Source of the DNA: an uncultured Candidatus Peregrinibacteria bacterium
Lineage (GTDB): Bacteria > Patescibacteriota > Gracilibacteria > CAIRYL01
Direction: 5' to 3'
Assembly: GCA_903882825.1 (NCBI GenBank)
Contig: CAIRYL010000168.1
Coordinates: 1 to 55,069, forward strand
Length of the DNA: 55,069 bases
The position numbers and the translations under genes are program-made. This document shows, in pieces, positions 45,682 through 54,456 of this stretch. The notes under the pieces are model-generated. The model did not search any database, was not told the origin of the DNA, and worked only from the letters and a program-made list of their open reading frames with translations. Position 1 is the stretch's first letter, and each line of letters begins with the position of its first letter.

Positions 45682-46923
45682 TTATAAGATTTTTAAGACT
45701 TCTTCTCCTACTTTTTCTAAAAGAATATTTTTACTTTCCTTTTCTGTTCGTATTTTCCATTCTCCTTCTCCTTTTTCCAGTGTTTTTGGAGAAATAACAA
45801 CACGGATAGGAAAACCGAGTAAATCTGCATCTCCAAATTTTTTCCCAGGAGATTCATCTCTATCATCTACGAGTACGTCTATCCCTTTTTCAGAAAGGGT
45901 TTTTTCCAGTTTTTTCGCTTCTAAAAGGCTGGTTTCAAATTCCTCTTTGCGTCCAATAGGAATAATAACCACGGTATAAGGTGCTACTGGTAATGGCCAA
46001 CAAATACCATTTTCATCATGAAAGGCTTCTACAATGGTGCCCATAAGCCTGGTAACGCCAATTCCATAACATCCCATCACTGGAGTTTCTCGCGTTCCTT
46101 CAGCATTGGGCACTTGTACGTCGAATGCTTCGGTATATTTTTTCCCGAGTTTAAAAATATTCCCTACTTCCACACATTTTTTTTCATCCAAAGTTTCTGC
46201 ACAGTGTGGACATTTCTTCCCACCTTTTTGGGTAGAAATTTCTGTATTTTGTGCCCAGCCACATTGTTTACAAAATACCATCGTATCTTCTCCTGCGTTC
46301 GTTATTACGGCAAACTCGTGAGAAATATCGTTTGAAAATTCTCCTCCAGAAGCCTCAATAGAGTAGGCAATAAGTCCGCATCTTTGAAAAACTCGAAAAT
46401 ATGCTTCTTTTACTCGTTCGTAATACGTATCTAAACCCTCCTGCGATTGGTGAAAGGAATACATATCTTTCATAATAAATTCACGACCTCGTAAAATTCC
46501 ACTTTTTGCGCGAGCTTCATCTCGAAATTTTGTTTGAATTTGGAAAAGGGAAAGGGGAAGATCTTTCCACGAAGTTAAAAATTCTTTTGCAAGTGGGGTT
46601 ACCATTTCTTCATGGCTCCAACCGAGTACTGTTTTTTCATTTGGTTTATAGGCAATATCTACTTGGTCTCGACCGGTTTTTTTCCAGTTTTCCAATGGAG
46701 TAAGTGCAGGCATGAGAACTTCGCAGGCATCAACATTTCCCATTTCTTCACGAATAATAATTTTTATTTTTTGAAGTACTTTTAATCCCAAAGGCAAATA
46801 CGAATACACTCCTGCCATTTCGCGTTTTATAAATCCTCCTTTTACGAGGAGTTCTGCATTTTTACTGTCCGCATCATGAGGAGCATTTTTTTGAGTTTTT
46901 ATTCCCGCACGAGTAAAGAGCAT
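45682..46923 (-). CDS. proS: Proline--tRNA ligase, short form lacking the INS editing domain
   Basis: N-terminal LVKGGFIKREMAGVYSYLPLGLKVLQKI, motif 2 FRDEARAKSGILRGREFIMKD, motif 3 GCYGIGVTRL, and a C-terminal anticodon-binding domain. It is only 413 aa. A CxxC...CxxC segment sits where INS normally lies. Confidence 0.88.
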   Translation of the reverse strand: MLFTRAGIKTQKNAPHDADSKNAELLVKGGFIKREMAGVYSYLPLGLKVLQKIKIIIREEMGNVDACEVLMPALTPLENWKKTGRDQVDIAYKPNEKTVLGWSHEEMVTPLAKEFLTSWKDLPLSLFQIQTKFRDEARAKSGILRGREFIMKDMYSFHQSQEGLDTYYERVKEAYFRVFQRCGLIAYSIEASGGEFSNDISHEFAVITNAGEDTMVFCKQCGWAQNTEISTQKGGKKCPHCAETLDEKKCVEVGNIFKLGKKYTEAFDVQVPNAEGTRETPVMGCYGIGVTRLMGTIVEAFHDENGICWPLPVAPYTVVIIPIGRKEEFETSLLEAKKLEKTLSEKGIDVLVDDRDESPGKKFGDADLLGFPIRVVISPKTLEKGEGEWKIRTEKESKNILLEKVGEEVLKIL

Positions 46924-47060
46924 ACCAAAAAAAGAAAATACTTTTTAAATATATCGTGCGAAAGAAGAAAAAGAAAGACTATCCCATACGCTTCATTTTC
47001 TCTGAACTTTTGAATCGGAATATCACAAAATGTACACTTGACACTGCAATACAATAAAAA

Positions 47061-47089
47061 TTGACTTATAAAAAATATATGTTTAAAAT
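47061..47089 (+). promoter_or_regulatory. Putative sigma70-type promoter for gene 47113
   Basis: TTGACT, a 17-nt spacer, then TAAAAT, ending 24 nt upstream of the ATG. Confidence 0.4.
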
Positions 47090-47112
47090 AAAAAAGTATT
47101 TTTTATTTTTTT

Positions 47113-47643
47113 ATGGTAAAAATTTCTTTTGCAGTACTGGGTTCGTTTTTTTTGGTACTTCCTATTTCTTCTTTTGCAGAAGAAATAATCCCTTCTCCCA
47201 CTCCGATTGTGGAAATAGGTATTCCCCAAGGAGAAAACCCAAACATTCCTCCTCGTTCTGAAAATATAAATTCCAAAAAAATTGAGAAAGCAAATCAAAT
47301 ATTGGAAAAACTTTTAGAATCTTCTGCCGATCGTCTCTTCCAAATGGGTATGCCGGAAGCGGATTTGTTAGTTTTTCAAGAGAAAATTCGAAAAGATTTT
47401 TCTGATCGTTTGGCAACGGTAAAAACCCCTCAAGAGCTTGGAAATCTTATCCGTGATACTCGAAAAACTGTGCGTGATACCATTCAAGAACTTCGAAAAT
47501 CATTCAAAGGTGTAGAGAAAGCAAAACGTGAAGCTACTAAAGGTGTGAAAGAAGAAGAGAAGGCAAAACGCGAAGCTGATAAAGCCCTACGAGATGCTGA
47601 AAAACAGAAGGAAGAGGGAGAATCTGTGAATTCTTCTCTCTAG
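47113..47643 (+). CDS. Secreted coiled-coil hypothetical protein
   Basis: Signal peptide (FAVLGSFFLVLPISSFA) followed by a charged helical region with repeated EKAKREA units. Confidence 0.55.
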   Translation: MVKISFAVLGSFFLVLPISSFAEEIIPSPTPIVEIGIPQGENPNIPPRSENINSKKIEKANQILEKLLESSADRLFQMGMPEADLLVFQEKIRKDFSDRLATVKTPQELGNLIRDTRKTVRDTIQELRKSFKGVEKAKREATKGVKEEEKAKREADKALRDAEKQKEEGESVNSSL

Positions 47644-47675
47644 CTTTGAGTAATTTTTATATTGTTTTTTAAAAA

Positions 47676-47702
47676 GGCTGTCCATTTTTGGACAGCCTTT
47701 TT
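47676..47702 (+). terminator. Rho-independent (bidirectional-looking) terminator
   Basis: GGCTGTCC-ATTTTT-GGACAGCC, flanked by AAAAA upstream and TTTTT downstream. Confidence 0.8.
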
Positions 47703-47777
47703 AAAATTCATTACTAACCAACGTGTTCATTATTTGCAGAAACACGTTCTCATGAGTACCATTCTTTTGTTTTTCTT

Positions 47778-48686
47778 TTGTTTATGTTTTCAGAAATTAT
47801 TTCTAAAATTTTGCATCTAAAAAAACAAAAAAATGCCATTATTTTGGCGCATAATTATATGCGACCAGAAATTTTTGAGGTGGCAGATGCGGTTGGAGAT
47901 TCTTTTGAACTTTCAAAATCAGCACAAGAAATGAAAGGAGATATCATTGTTTTTGCAGGTGTTCATTTTATGGCAGAATCGGCAAAACTGCTCAATCCCT
48001 CTAAAAAAGTTCTTCTTCCTTCTCTTGCGGCTGGGTGTTTTATGGCAGATACCATCACCGCAGAAGGACTGTTACGCCTCAAAAAAAAATACCCAAATGC
48101 TCCCGTTGTGGTGTATATGAACACCTCTGCCGAGGTAAAAGCCCTTTCCACTGCCACTTGTACTTCTTCTAATGCCTTAAAAATTGTAGAAAGTTTCGCG
48201 GAAGATACCATTATTTTTGCTCCCGATAAACATTTATGTGAATTTGTTCAAGACAGGACTCATAAAAAACTTATTCCCTGGGCAGGATTTTGCCATGTGC
48301 ATACCCAGCTTTCGCCCGCTTTTTTGCAGAAAACAAAAGAAAAATATCCAGGTGCGCATGTTCTTTTGCATCCCGAATCGCCCAAAAGGCTTTTCCCTTT
48401 TGCAGAACATATTTGCGGAACGGGTGGGATGAGCCAATACATTCAAAATCATCCCGAAGTGGATACTTTTTTAATTGGAACGGAAGAAGGAATGGTGGGC
48501 AGGCTGAAAAGAGATTTTCCCGAAAAAACATTCGTAGCCCTTATGGGAACTTGTATCAACATGAAGCAAATCACGCTGGACAATATTTTCCGTTCTCTGT
48601 CTCAAGAAAAGTACGAAATTACCATTCGAGATGAAATTTTTGTTCCCGCGCAAAAGTCTTTGGAGGAAATGATGAAGCGGAGTTAG
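47778..48686 (+). CDS. nadA: Quinolinate synthase NadA
   Basis: IILAHNYMRPEI, AGVHFMAESAKLL, VVVYMNTSAEVKA, HPES and GTEEGM. A TTG start at 47778 or the ATG at 47784. Confidence 0.9.
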   Translation: MFMFSEIISKILHLKKQKNAIILAHNYMRPEIFEVADAVGDSFELSKSAQEMKGDIIVFAGVHFMAESAKLLNPSKKVLLPSLAAGCFMADTITAEGLLRLKKKYPNAPVVVYMNTSAEVKALSTATCTSSNALKIVESFAEDTIIFAPDKHLCEFVQDRTHKKLIPWAGFCHVHTQLSPAFLQKTKEKYPGAHVLLHPESPKRLFPFAEHICGTGGMSQYIQNHPEVDTFLIGTEEGMVGRLKRDFPEKTFVALMGTCINMKQITLDNIFRSLSQEKYEITIRDEIFVPAQKSLEEMMKRS

Positions 48687-48706
48687 TGGTTTTTTATAAA
48701 TTTATT

Positions 48707-50566
48707 ATGTATTTAAAAAATATTGTTATCAAAAATATTGGACCAATAGAAAATCTTTCGGTTGAGCTTCCTTTTAAAGAAAATGGTGATCCTAAACCTG
48801 TTATTTTTGTTGGTGAAAATGGGTCTGGAAAAACAATTCTACAATCGCAAATAATAGATGGTTTCTATGAAATTGGAAGTTCCTTGTTTGATGATGTTGG
48901 TATTCAAGATGGATTAAAAAGAAATTATTATAAAGTTTCAGGAGGTGTGAATTTACAAACTGGCAAAGATAAGGGATTCTCTCTTTTAAAATTTATTGAT
49001 AGTGAAAATCAAACTTTAGAATATTTTGATAAAGTCGGGGAAGTGAGAAAAGAAGATTTTACAAGCTATATTACAGATTTTTCACTTTCTCCAAATAGTT
49101 CACAAAAATACCAAAAAGAAATAACAGGAATAAACGATACTAAAAAAGAAAAATTACAAAATGAGTGGATTCAGGGTGTTCACTTTTATCAGCCAGCCTA
49201 TAGATACGAAGAGCCTTTTTGGAAAAATGAGTCTTTTGTAGATTATATGAGATTTGAAGATAAAACGAGATTTTCGGGACAACTAGGAAAAGAGTTAGAA
49301 ATAATATCCTCAACAAAGGAGAGTAAATCTTATTTGATGGATTTAGTTTTGGATTTTACAAATTTCTCTAGTTCACAAAGCTCGAAAATCTTGAAACTTA
49401 TACAAAAAAAGATTTCTAATAAAGACTATATCTCGATAGAAGACACAATAAGTGAAGAGTATTCTTCTGACCAAATCACATGGCAAAATATAAATAACAT
49501 TTTAAAGCTGATAAAAAAGAGAGCTGATATTAGGTTTGGCATTGGTCATAGAGGAAGATATAGAGTTAGTATCGTAGAGCAAAATCAAGATGGAATTGTA
49601 AAACAACAATTATTACCAAGTATTGATAACTTATCGCTGGGAGAATCAATTTTATTGAATCTTTTTATAAATATTATTCGTCATGGTGATAATCCACCAA
49701 AAAATACAGCACAAATACAAGGGATTGTTGCAATAGATGAAATAGATGTTCATTTACACACAGATTTGCAAAATTCTGTATTACCAGAACTGATAAAACT
49801 ATTTCCAAAAATTCAATTTATTATTACTACTCATTCTCCTTTGTTTTTATTGGGAATGAAAAAGACTTTTGGTGAAGAAGGATTTGAAGTGAGAAATATG
49901 CCAAAAGGTGATTTGATAACAACGGAAAGATTTTCTGAATTTGAAAATGCCTATAATGTTTTGACGGAAACAGAAAAATTTGAAAACGAGAAAAAATTAC
50001 AAATAGAATCCTCCATAAAACCTGTCCTTTTTGTAGAAGGAGATTATGATATTAGGTATATACGAAAAGCTGCTGAACTATTGAATAAAAATTCCATATT
50101 AGAAGTAATACAAATATTTGATGGAGATGGGTTTGGAAATCTCGATAAAATATGGAAACACTATGATTCAAAGCTCTCAGAAGCTATTCCTCAAAAAGTC
50201 ATATTACTTTTTGATTGTGATACTGGAAAACAAGATACCGAAAAAGGAGTAGTCTTTAAAAGAATAATTCCATCTATAGATGGAAACTTAATAAAAAAGG
50301 GAATAGAAAACCTTTTTCCTACTACACTTATTAATAAAGCAAGAACTCATAAAAAAGCATTTATTGACTTTTTATCAGAAAGTCAATCAGAGATCAGAGG
50401 AGAGACTGTTATTACTCCTGAATCCTATAGAGTCAATAAAGATAAAAAAGGTGATTTATGTAATTGGATTTGCAAAAATGGAACAAAAGATGATTTTAAT
50501 AATTTTGAAAAAATATTTGAGATTATTGAAAGTATAATTCAGAAAAAAATTTTCGTAGAGTCGTAA
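48707..50566 (+). CDS. ABC/SMC-like ATPase fused to a C-terminal TOPRIM-type nuclease domain (OLD-family / fused PARIS AriA-AriB-like)
   Basis: Likely start MYLKNIVIKNIGPI at 48707. The ORF track starts at the GTG at 48686, overlapping the nadA stop. Walker A is GENGSGKT (48812-48835), the signature-like motif is LSLGES, Walker B is IVAIDEIDVHLH, and the H-loop is TTHSP. The C-terminal ~180 aa carry LFVEGDYD (50033-50050) and LLFDCDTG (DxD at 50213-50221), as in TOPRIM/DUF4435. Confidence 0.7.
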   Translation: MYLKNIVIKNIGPIENLSVELPFKENGDPKPVIFVGENGSGKTILQSQIIDGFYEIGSSLFDDVGIQDGLKRNYYKVSGGVNLQTGKDKGFSLLKFIDSENQTLEYFDKVGEVRKEDFTSYITDFSLSPNSSQKYQKEITGINDTKKEKLQNEWIQGVHFYQPAYRYEEPFWKNESFVDYMRFEDKTRFSGQLGKELEIISSTKESKSYLMDLVLDFTNFSSSQSSKILKLIQKKISNKDYISIEDTISEEYSSDQITWQNINNILKLIKKRADIRFGIGHRGRYRVSIVEQNQDGIVKQQLLPSIDNLSLGESILLNLFINIIRHGDNPPKNTAQIQGIVAIDEIDVHLHTDLQNSVLPELIKLFPKIQFIITTHSPLFLLGMKKTFGEEGFEVRNMPKGDLITTERFSEFENAYNVLTETEKFENEKKLQIESSIKPVLFVEGDYDIRYIRKAAELLNKNSILEVIQIFDGDGFGNLDKIWKHYDSKLSEAIPQKVILLFDCDTGKQDTEKGVVFKRIIPSIDGNLIKKGIENLFPTTLINKARTHKKAFIDFLSESQSEIRGETVITPESYRVNKDKKGDLCNWICKNGTKDDFNNFEKIFEIIESIIQKKIFVES

Positions 50567-50746
50567 TAGAATTTTATAATTCTTCCCTTTTTCTATGCCC
50601 CAAAATATCCAAGTGTTCCCTTTGACAGGCTCAGGAAGCGAAAAAGAAAAAATAGTTATTGAGCTTGTAAAAATAACCGATAAGGCTGGCTGAGCTTGTA
50701 TAATAAGTTGGCTGAGCTTATCGAAGCCAGATTTTAATATTTTTTT

Positions 50747-51232
50747 ATGTCTTCCTCTCTTCGCATTCTTGGCATTGATCCGGGCTACGCCACTATTGGT
50801 TTTGCGGTAATTGAAAAAACAGGTCAATCCATCCAAATTATAGATTTTGGGGTTATTACCACATCTTCAAAACTTTTATTTCCAGAGCGTTTAAAAAATA
50901 TTGCGGAAGATATTTCTCAAATAATAAAAAATTTTTCACCCGATTGCATGGCCATTGAAAAACTTTTTTGGGGTGCAAATGTCGATAATGCGATTCGTGT
51001 TGCAGAAAGTAGAGGAGTGATTGTCTTACAATCTGCTCTGTATCATCTTCCTCTTCATGAATTTTCACCCAATGAGGTAAAAAGCCAACTCGTAGGGAAT
51101 GGAAAAGCTCCAAAATTTCAAATTCAAAATATTTTAAAAATGAGGCTTGGTTTACAAGAAATTCCAAAACCAGATGATGCGGCTGATGCCCTTGCTATTG
51201 CACTGGTTGCCAGTGAAATGATGAGCCTCTGA
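50747..51232 (+). CDS. ruvC: Crossover junction endodeoxyribonuclease RuvC
   Basis: ILGIDPGYATIGFAV (catalytic Asp), AIEKLFW and the C-terminal PDDAADALAIAL. Confidence 0.92.
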   Translation: MSSSLRILGIDPGYATIGFAVIEKTGQSIQIIDFGVITTSSKLLFPERLKNIAEDISQIIKNFSPDCMAIEKLFWGANVDNAIRVAESRGVIVLQSALYHLPLHEFSPNEVKSQLVGNGKAPKFQIQNILKMRLGLQEIPKPDDAADALAIALVASEMMSL

Positions 51233-51308
51233 AAAACAAAATTATTTTTACTCTTCCGCAAAATACAAAAATTTCGTATGGTACATTTTGAATACTCTTC
51301 TTCTTTGT

Positions 51309-52916
51309 ATGCAAAAATTTGTTTTCGTAACGGGTGGTGTGTGTTCTTCTCTTGGAAAAGGCATTACCAGTGCTTCTATTGCTATGCTTCTCAAAAGCGC
51401 AGGATACCGAGTTTCTATTCAGAAGCTGGATCCATATTTAAATGTTGATCCTGGGACGATGTCGCCTTTTCAACATGGAGAAGTTTTTGTAACGGAAGAT
51501 GGTGCAGAAACAGATTTAGATTTAGGGCATTACGAACGATTTATTGATGAAAATCTTTTTAAATTTTCTACCGTTACTACTGGAAAAATTTATTCTGAAG
51601 TGCTTCAGAAAGAGAGAAAAGGTGATTTTTTGGGAGGAACCATTCAAGTGGTTCCGCACATTACCGACGCTTTAAAAACAAAGATTTTTTTGGCATCTGA
51701 AAAATCTGGTGCGGATATTCTGATTGCGGAAATTGGTGGGACAGTAGGAGATATAGAAGGAGAGCCATTTTTAGAAGTGGTACGTCAAATGAAAGCAGAG
51801 CTCGGATCTGAAAATGTATTATCGGTTCATTTAACGCTTCTTCCTTTTTTAAAAGCTTCTGGAGAGTTAAAAACAAAGCCCACTCAATTATCGGTTCGAG
51901 AGCTTCGAAGAGTGGCTATTCAACCAGATATTTTGGTATGTCGTGCAGATGCTCATATTCCAGAAGATATTCTTGATAAAATTTCTCGATTTTGTGGTGT
52001 GCCACGAGATTCTGTTTTTCCAGCCGAAACGGTCAGTAGTATTTATTCGGTTCCTTTAGAATTTGAAAAGCGAAACATGGCAGAAATTTTGCAAAAAAAA
52101 CTCGCTCTTCCTGTAAAAAAAACAAAACTTCACGAATGGGAAACCATGGTTCAACGAATTTTTGATACGAAAAAAACAATGTCAGTAGCACTAGTGGGGA
52201 AATATACTGATCTTGATGATGCGTATCTTTCAGTATTAGAGGCACTTTCTTCTGCGGGGTTTGCGAGTGGTGTACGAGTAAAAACGGAGTGGGTGAATGC
52301 TGAAAAATTAGAAATGCAGGATGAGGAAGAATGGAATTTATTACGAAAATGCTCAGGTGTTTGCGTCCCAGGAGGGTTTGGCGGACGCGGAATTGAAGGG
52401 AAAATTTTAGCAGCGGAGTATTGTCGAGAAAATAAAATTCCTTATTTAGGGCTTTGTTTAGGATCACAAATTATGGCGATTGAATTTGCGAGAAATGTAT
52501 GTGGTCTTCAAAATGCCAATTCTCAAGAATTTGATGAATCTTCTCCTCATCAGATAGTTCATTTTTTACCAGATCAACACCAGAAGGTTTCAAAAGGTGG
52601 AACTCTTCGATTGGGTTCGTATCCATGTATCCTCAAAAAAGAGACACGTGCATTTGAGGCATATCAAACACTCGAAATTACAGAAAGACATCGTCATCGA
52701 TACGAGTTTAATAACGAGTATCGCGAGGAAATGGAAAAACGAGGACTTGTTTTTTCTGGAACTTCTCCTGATGGGCATTTGATGGAAATGGTGGAAATTA
52801 CAAATCACCCATTTTATGTAGGATGTCAGTTTCATCCAGAATTTAAAAGTCGTCCTCATCGTCCGCATCCTTTGTTTTTAGCTTTTATAAAAGCGAGTAA
52901 AGCATTATTCTCCTGA
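51309..52916 (+). CDS. pyrG: CTP synthase
   Basis: KFVFVTGGVCSSLGKG, EVFVTEDGAETDLDLGHYERF, and the GATase domain GLCLGSQ...HRHRYEFN...QFHPEF. The ORF track starts at an upstream TTG (51288). Confidence 0.93.
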   Translation: MQKFVFVTGGVCSSLGKGITSASIAMLLKSAGYRVSIQKLDPYLNVDPGTMSPFQHGEVFVTEDGAETDLDLGHYERFIDENLFKFSTVTTGKIYSEVLQKERKGDFLGGTIQVVPHITDALKTKIFLASEKSGADILIAEIGGTVGDIEGEPFLEVVRQMKAELGSENVLSVHLTLLPFLKASGELKTKPTQLSVRELRRVAIQPDILVCRADAHIPEDILDKISRFCGVPRDSVFPAETVSSIYSVPLEFEKRNMAEILQKKLALPVKKTKLHEWETMVQRIFDTKKTMSVALVGKYTDLDDAYLSVLEALSSAGFASGVRVKTEWVNAEKLEMQDEEEWNLLRKCSGVCVPGGFGGRGIEGKILAAEYCRENKIPYLGLCLGSQIMAIEFARNVCGLQNANSQEFDESSPHQIVHFLPDQHQKVSKGGTLRLGSYPCILKKETRAFEAYQTLEITERHRHRYEFNNEYREEMEKRGLVFSGTSPDGHLMEMVEITNHPFYVGCQFHPEFKSRPHRPHPLFLAFIKASKALFS

Positions 52917-53474
52917 TCTTTCTGCGACTTTCTTTAAAAACTCATCCAATTCAGATCGAGATTTTTTATTTTTTGAATCTAAAATATCGAATGAGGTGGT
53001 TTTTATGCCACAAAATCCAAGTCGGAAAAGATTCCAACCCCATCGTGTTAATCCAGGGAATGTTTTAAATACAAATCCTGGTCCGTCACACGTGGTAAAT
53101 ATACGTGCAGTTTTTCCTTTTAAAAGACCTTCGGACTTTCCACCTTCTAAAAATCGGAATGCAAATCCTGCACCAAAATTCATATCAAAGAAGTTTTTTA
53201 AAATAGCCGGCGCATCTCCCCACCAAATGGGAAAAATCAACACCAGTTCATCTGCTTTTGTAATTTTTGATTGTATGTCTTGCACTTTTGGCAAAGTATT
53301 CATGGTTTGTACGTCTTCATACGATAAATAATCTTGCTTCCATTCCGGAGTATACAAATTCATAATTTCACCCGTTTTCCCTGTATTTTGTAATCCGTTT
53401 ATATACGCATGAGCAATTTCATGGGTGAATCCTTTGCTAGATGGGTGCGCGGTAATAATAAGAGAGTGGGTCAT
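52905..53474 (-). CDS. NAD(P)H-dependent quinone/azo-reductase-like flavoprotein (Flavodoxin_2 fold)
   Basis: MTHSLIITAHPSSKGFTHEI and ADELVLIFPIWWGDAPAILKNFFD. The ORF track extends to 53549; the Met at 53474 fits the family N-terminus. Confidence 0.75.
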   Translation of the reverse strand: MTHSLIITAHPSSKGFTHEIAHAYINGLQNTGKTGEIMNLYTPEWKQDYLSYEDVQTMNTLPKVQDIQSKITKADELVLIFPIWWGDAPAILKNFFDMNFGAGFAFRFLEGGKSEGLLKGKTARIFTTCDGPGFVFKTFPGLTRWGWNLFRLGFCGIKTTSFDILDSKNKKSRSELDEFLKKVAERSGE

Positions 53475-53538
53475 GGAAAAAGGGGTAAAAGAGGTAATAA
53501 GATTTTTTAAGAAGTGATGGAATCTTAGAATTATAAAA

Positions 53539-54294
53539 CTATTTTTCAAAATGAAAACTATTCATAATTTTCGATTCCCAATCTGCATCAGAAGGGTTAG
53601 AACAGTCTTTGCTTCCGCATCCTACTGCTGATGTGCCATTTGATTTTCCTCGTGTAATAACGAGAAGTTTTCTTTGAGGATAAAAAATTTCCGTACGATA
53701 CCCGCATCCTGAGCTTATTGCTTGTTCAAAATATACATTTTCTGGGAGCTTAAAAAATAACTTTTGAGACAGTTCGCCTGTTTCGGCAGAAAAATCGCTT
53801 GTTTCTGAAATTTTGCAATCTTTCCTTTTAGAAAGCTTTTGTACATAGGCTTCTGCTTCTTTTTCGCTGTTAATTTTTGGCATGTACATCCAGTACAAAA
53901 CACCTGGAGAGAAAGGCTCATTTAAGTCTTTTTCTTCAAATTTTTTTGGATTTTTACTACAATCACTTCCTGGCTGATATTTTGTGGTCACAAAAAAAGC
54001 GTCTCCTTTGGTTATAACCTGCGTGGGCATTTTGGGGCATTTGTCATTGTCTACATCATACACAAATGGCGGGTACGAAAAAGAAAACTTTTTTTCTTTA
54101 TTTTTGTAGGTAAGCCATTCTGGTAATGGAGCTAACGTTGGAGTAGGAGTAGAGGGAGGAGTTTGTGGTAGAACTTCTTTTATTTCAGGAGTCGCTTTTC
54201 CAGGGGTTATTTGCGGTTTTTCTGTACAGCCACTAAAAAGAAGAACCAATAAAGAAAGAGCCGTCATTATCAAAATTTTTTTATCAGTCTTCAT
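53539..54294 (-). CDS. Lipoprotein, hypothetical
   Basis: Signal peptide with the lipobox LLFSGC, a Pro/Thr-rich linker, and a Cys-containing globular domain. Confidence 0.6.
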   Translation of the reverse strand: MKTDKKILIMTALSLLVLLFSGCTEKPQITPGKATPEIKEVLPQTPPSTPTPTLAPLPEWLTYKNKEKKFSFSYPPFVYDVDNDKCPKMPTQVITKGDAFFVTTKYQPGSDCSKNPKKFEEKDLNEPFSPGVLYWMYMPKINSEKEAEAYVQKLSKRKDCKISETSDFSAETGELSQKLFFKLPENVYFEQAISSGCGYRTEIFYPQRKLLVITRGKSNGTSAVGCGSKDCSNPSDADWESKIMNSFHFEK

Positions 54295-54310
54295 TGTAAT
54301 GGATCAAAAA

Positions 54311-54385
54311 TGGTGGGTGAGGCGGGATTCGAACCCGCGGCCAATAGCTTAAGAGGCTACTGCTCTACCGCTGAGCTACTCACCC
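54311..54385 (-). tRNA. tRNA-Lys (anticodon CTT), CCA encoded
   Basis: The reverse complement is GGGTGAGTAGCTCAGCGGTAGAGCAGTAGCCTCTTAAGCTATTGGCCGCGGGTTCGAATCCCGCCTCACCCACCA. The cloverleaf is canonical at 75 nt, and the loop is CTCTTAA. Confidence 0.92.
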
Positions 54386-54456
54386 ATTTTTGTGAAGCTG
54401 GAAGATTCTACGAAAACTTTTGGCATGAGCAAAGGTTTTTTGTAAAAATAAAAAAT

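Noticed and set aside
48680-50600. A short similarity, TTTTATAA(A)TT, at both ends of the ATPase-TOPRIM gene as target-site duplication
   Set aside because: At 10 nt of pure A/T in an AT-rich genome, it is expected by chance.
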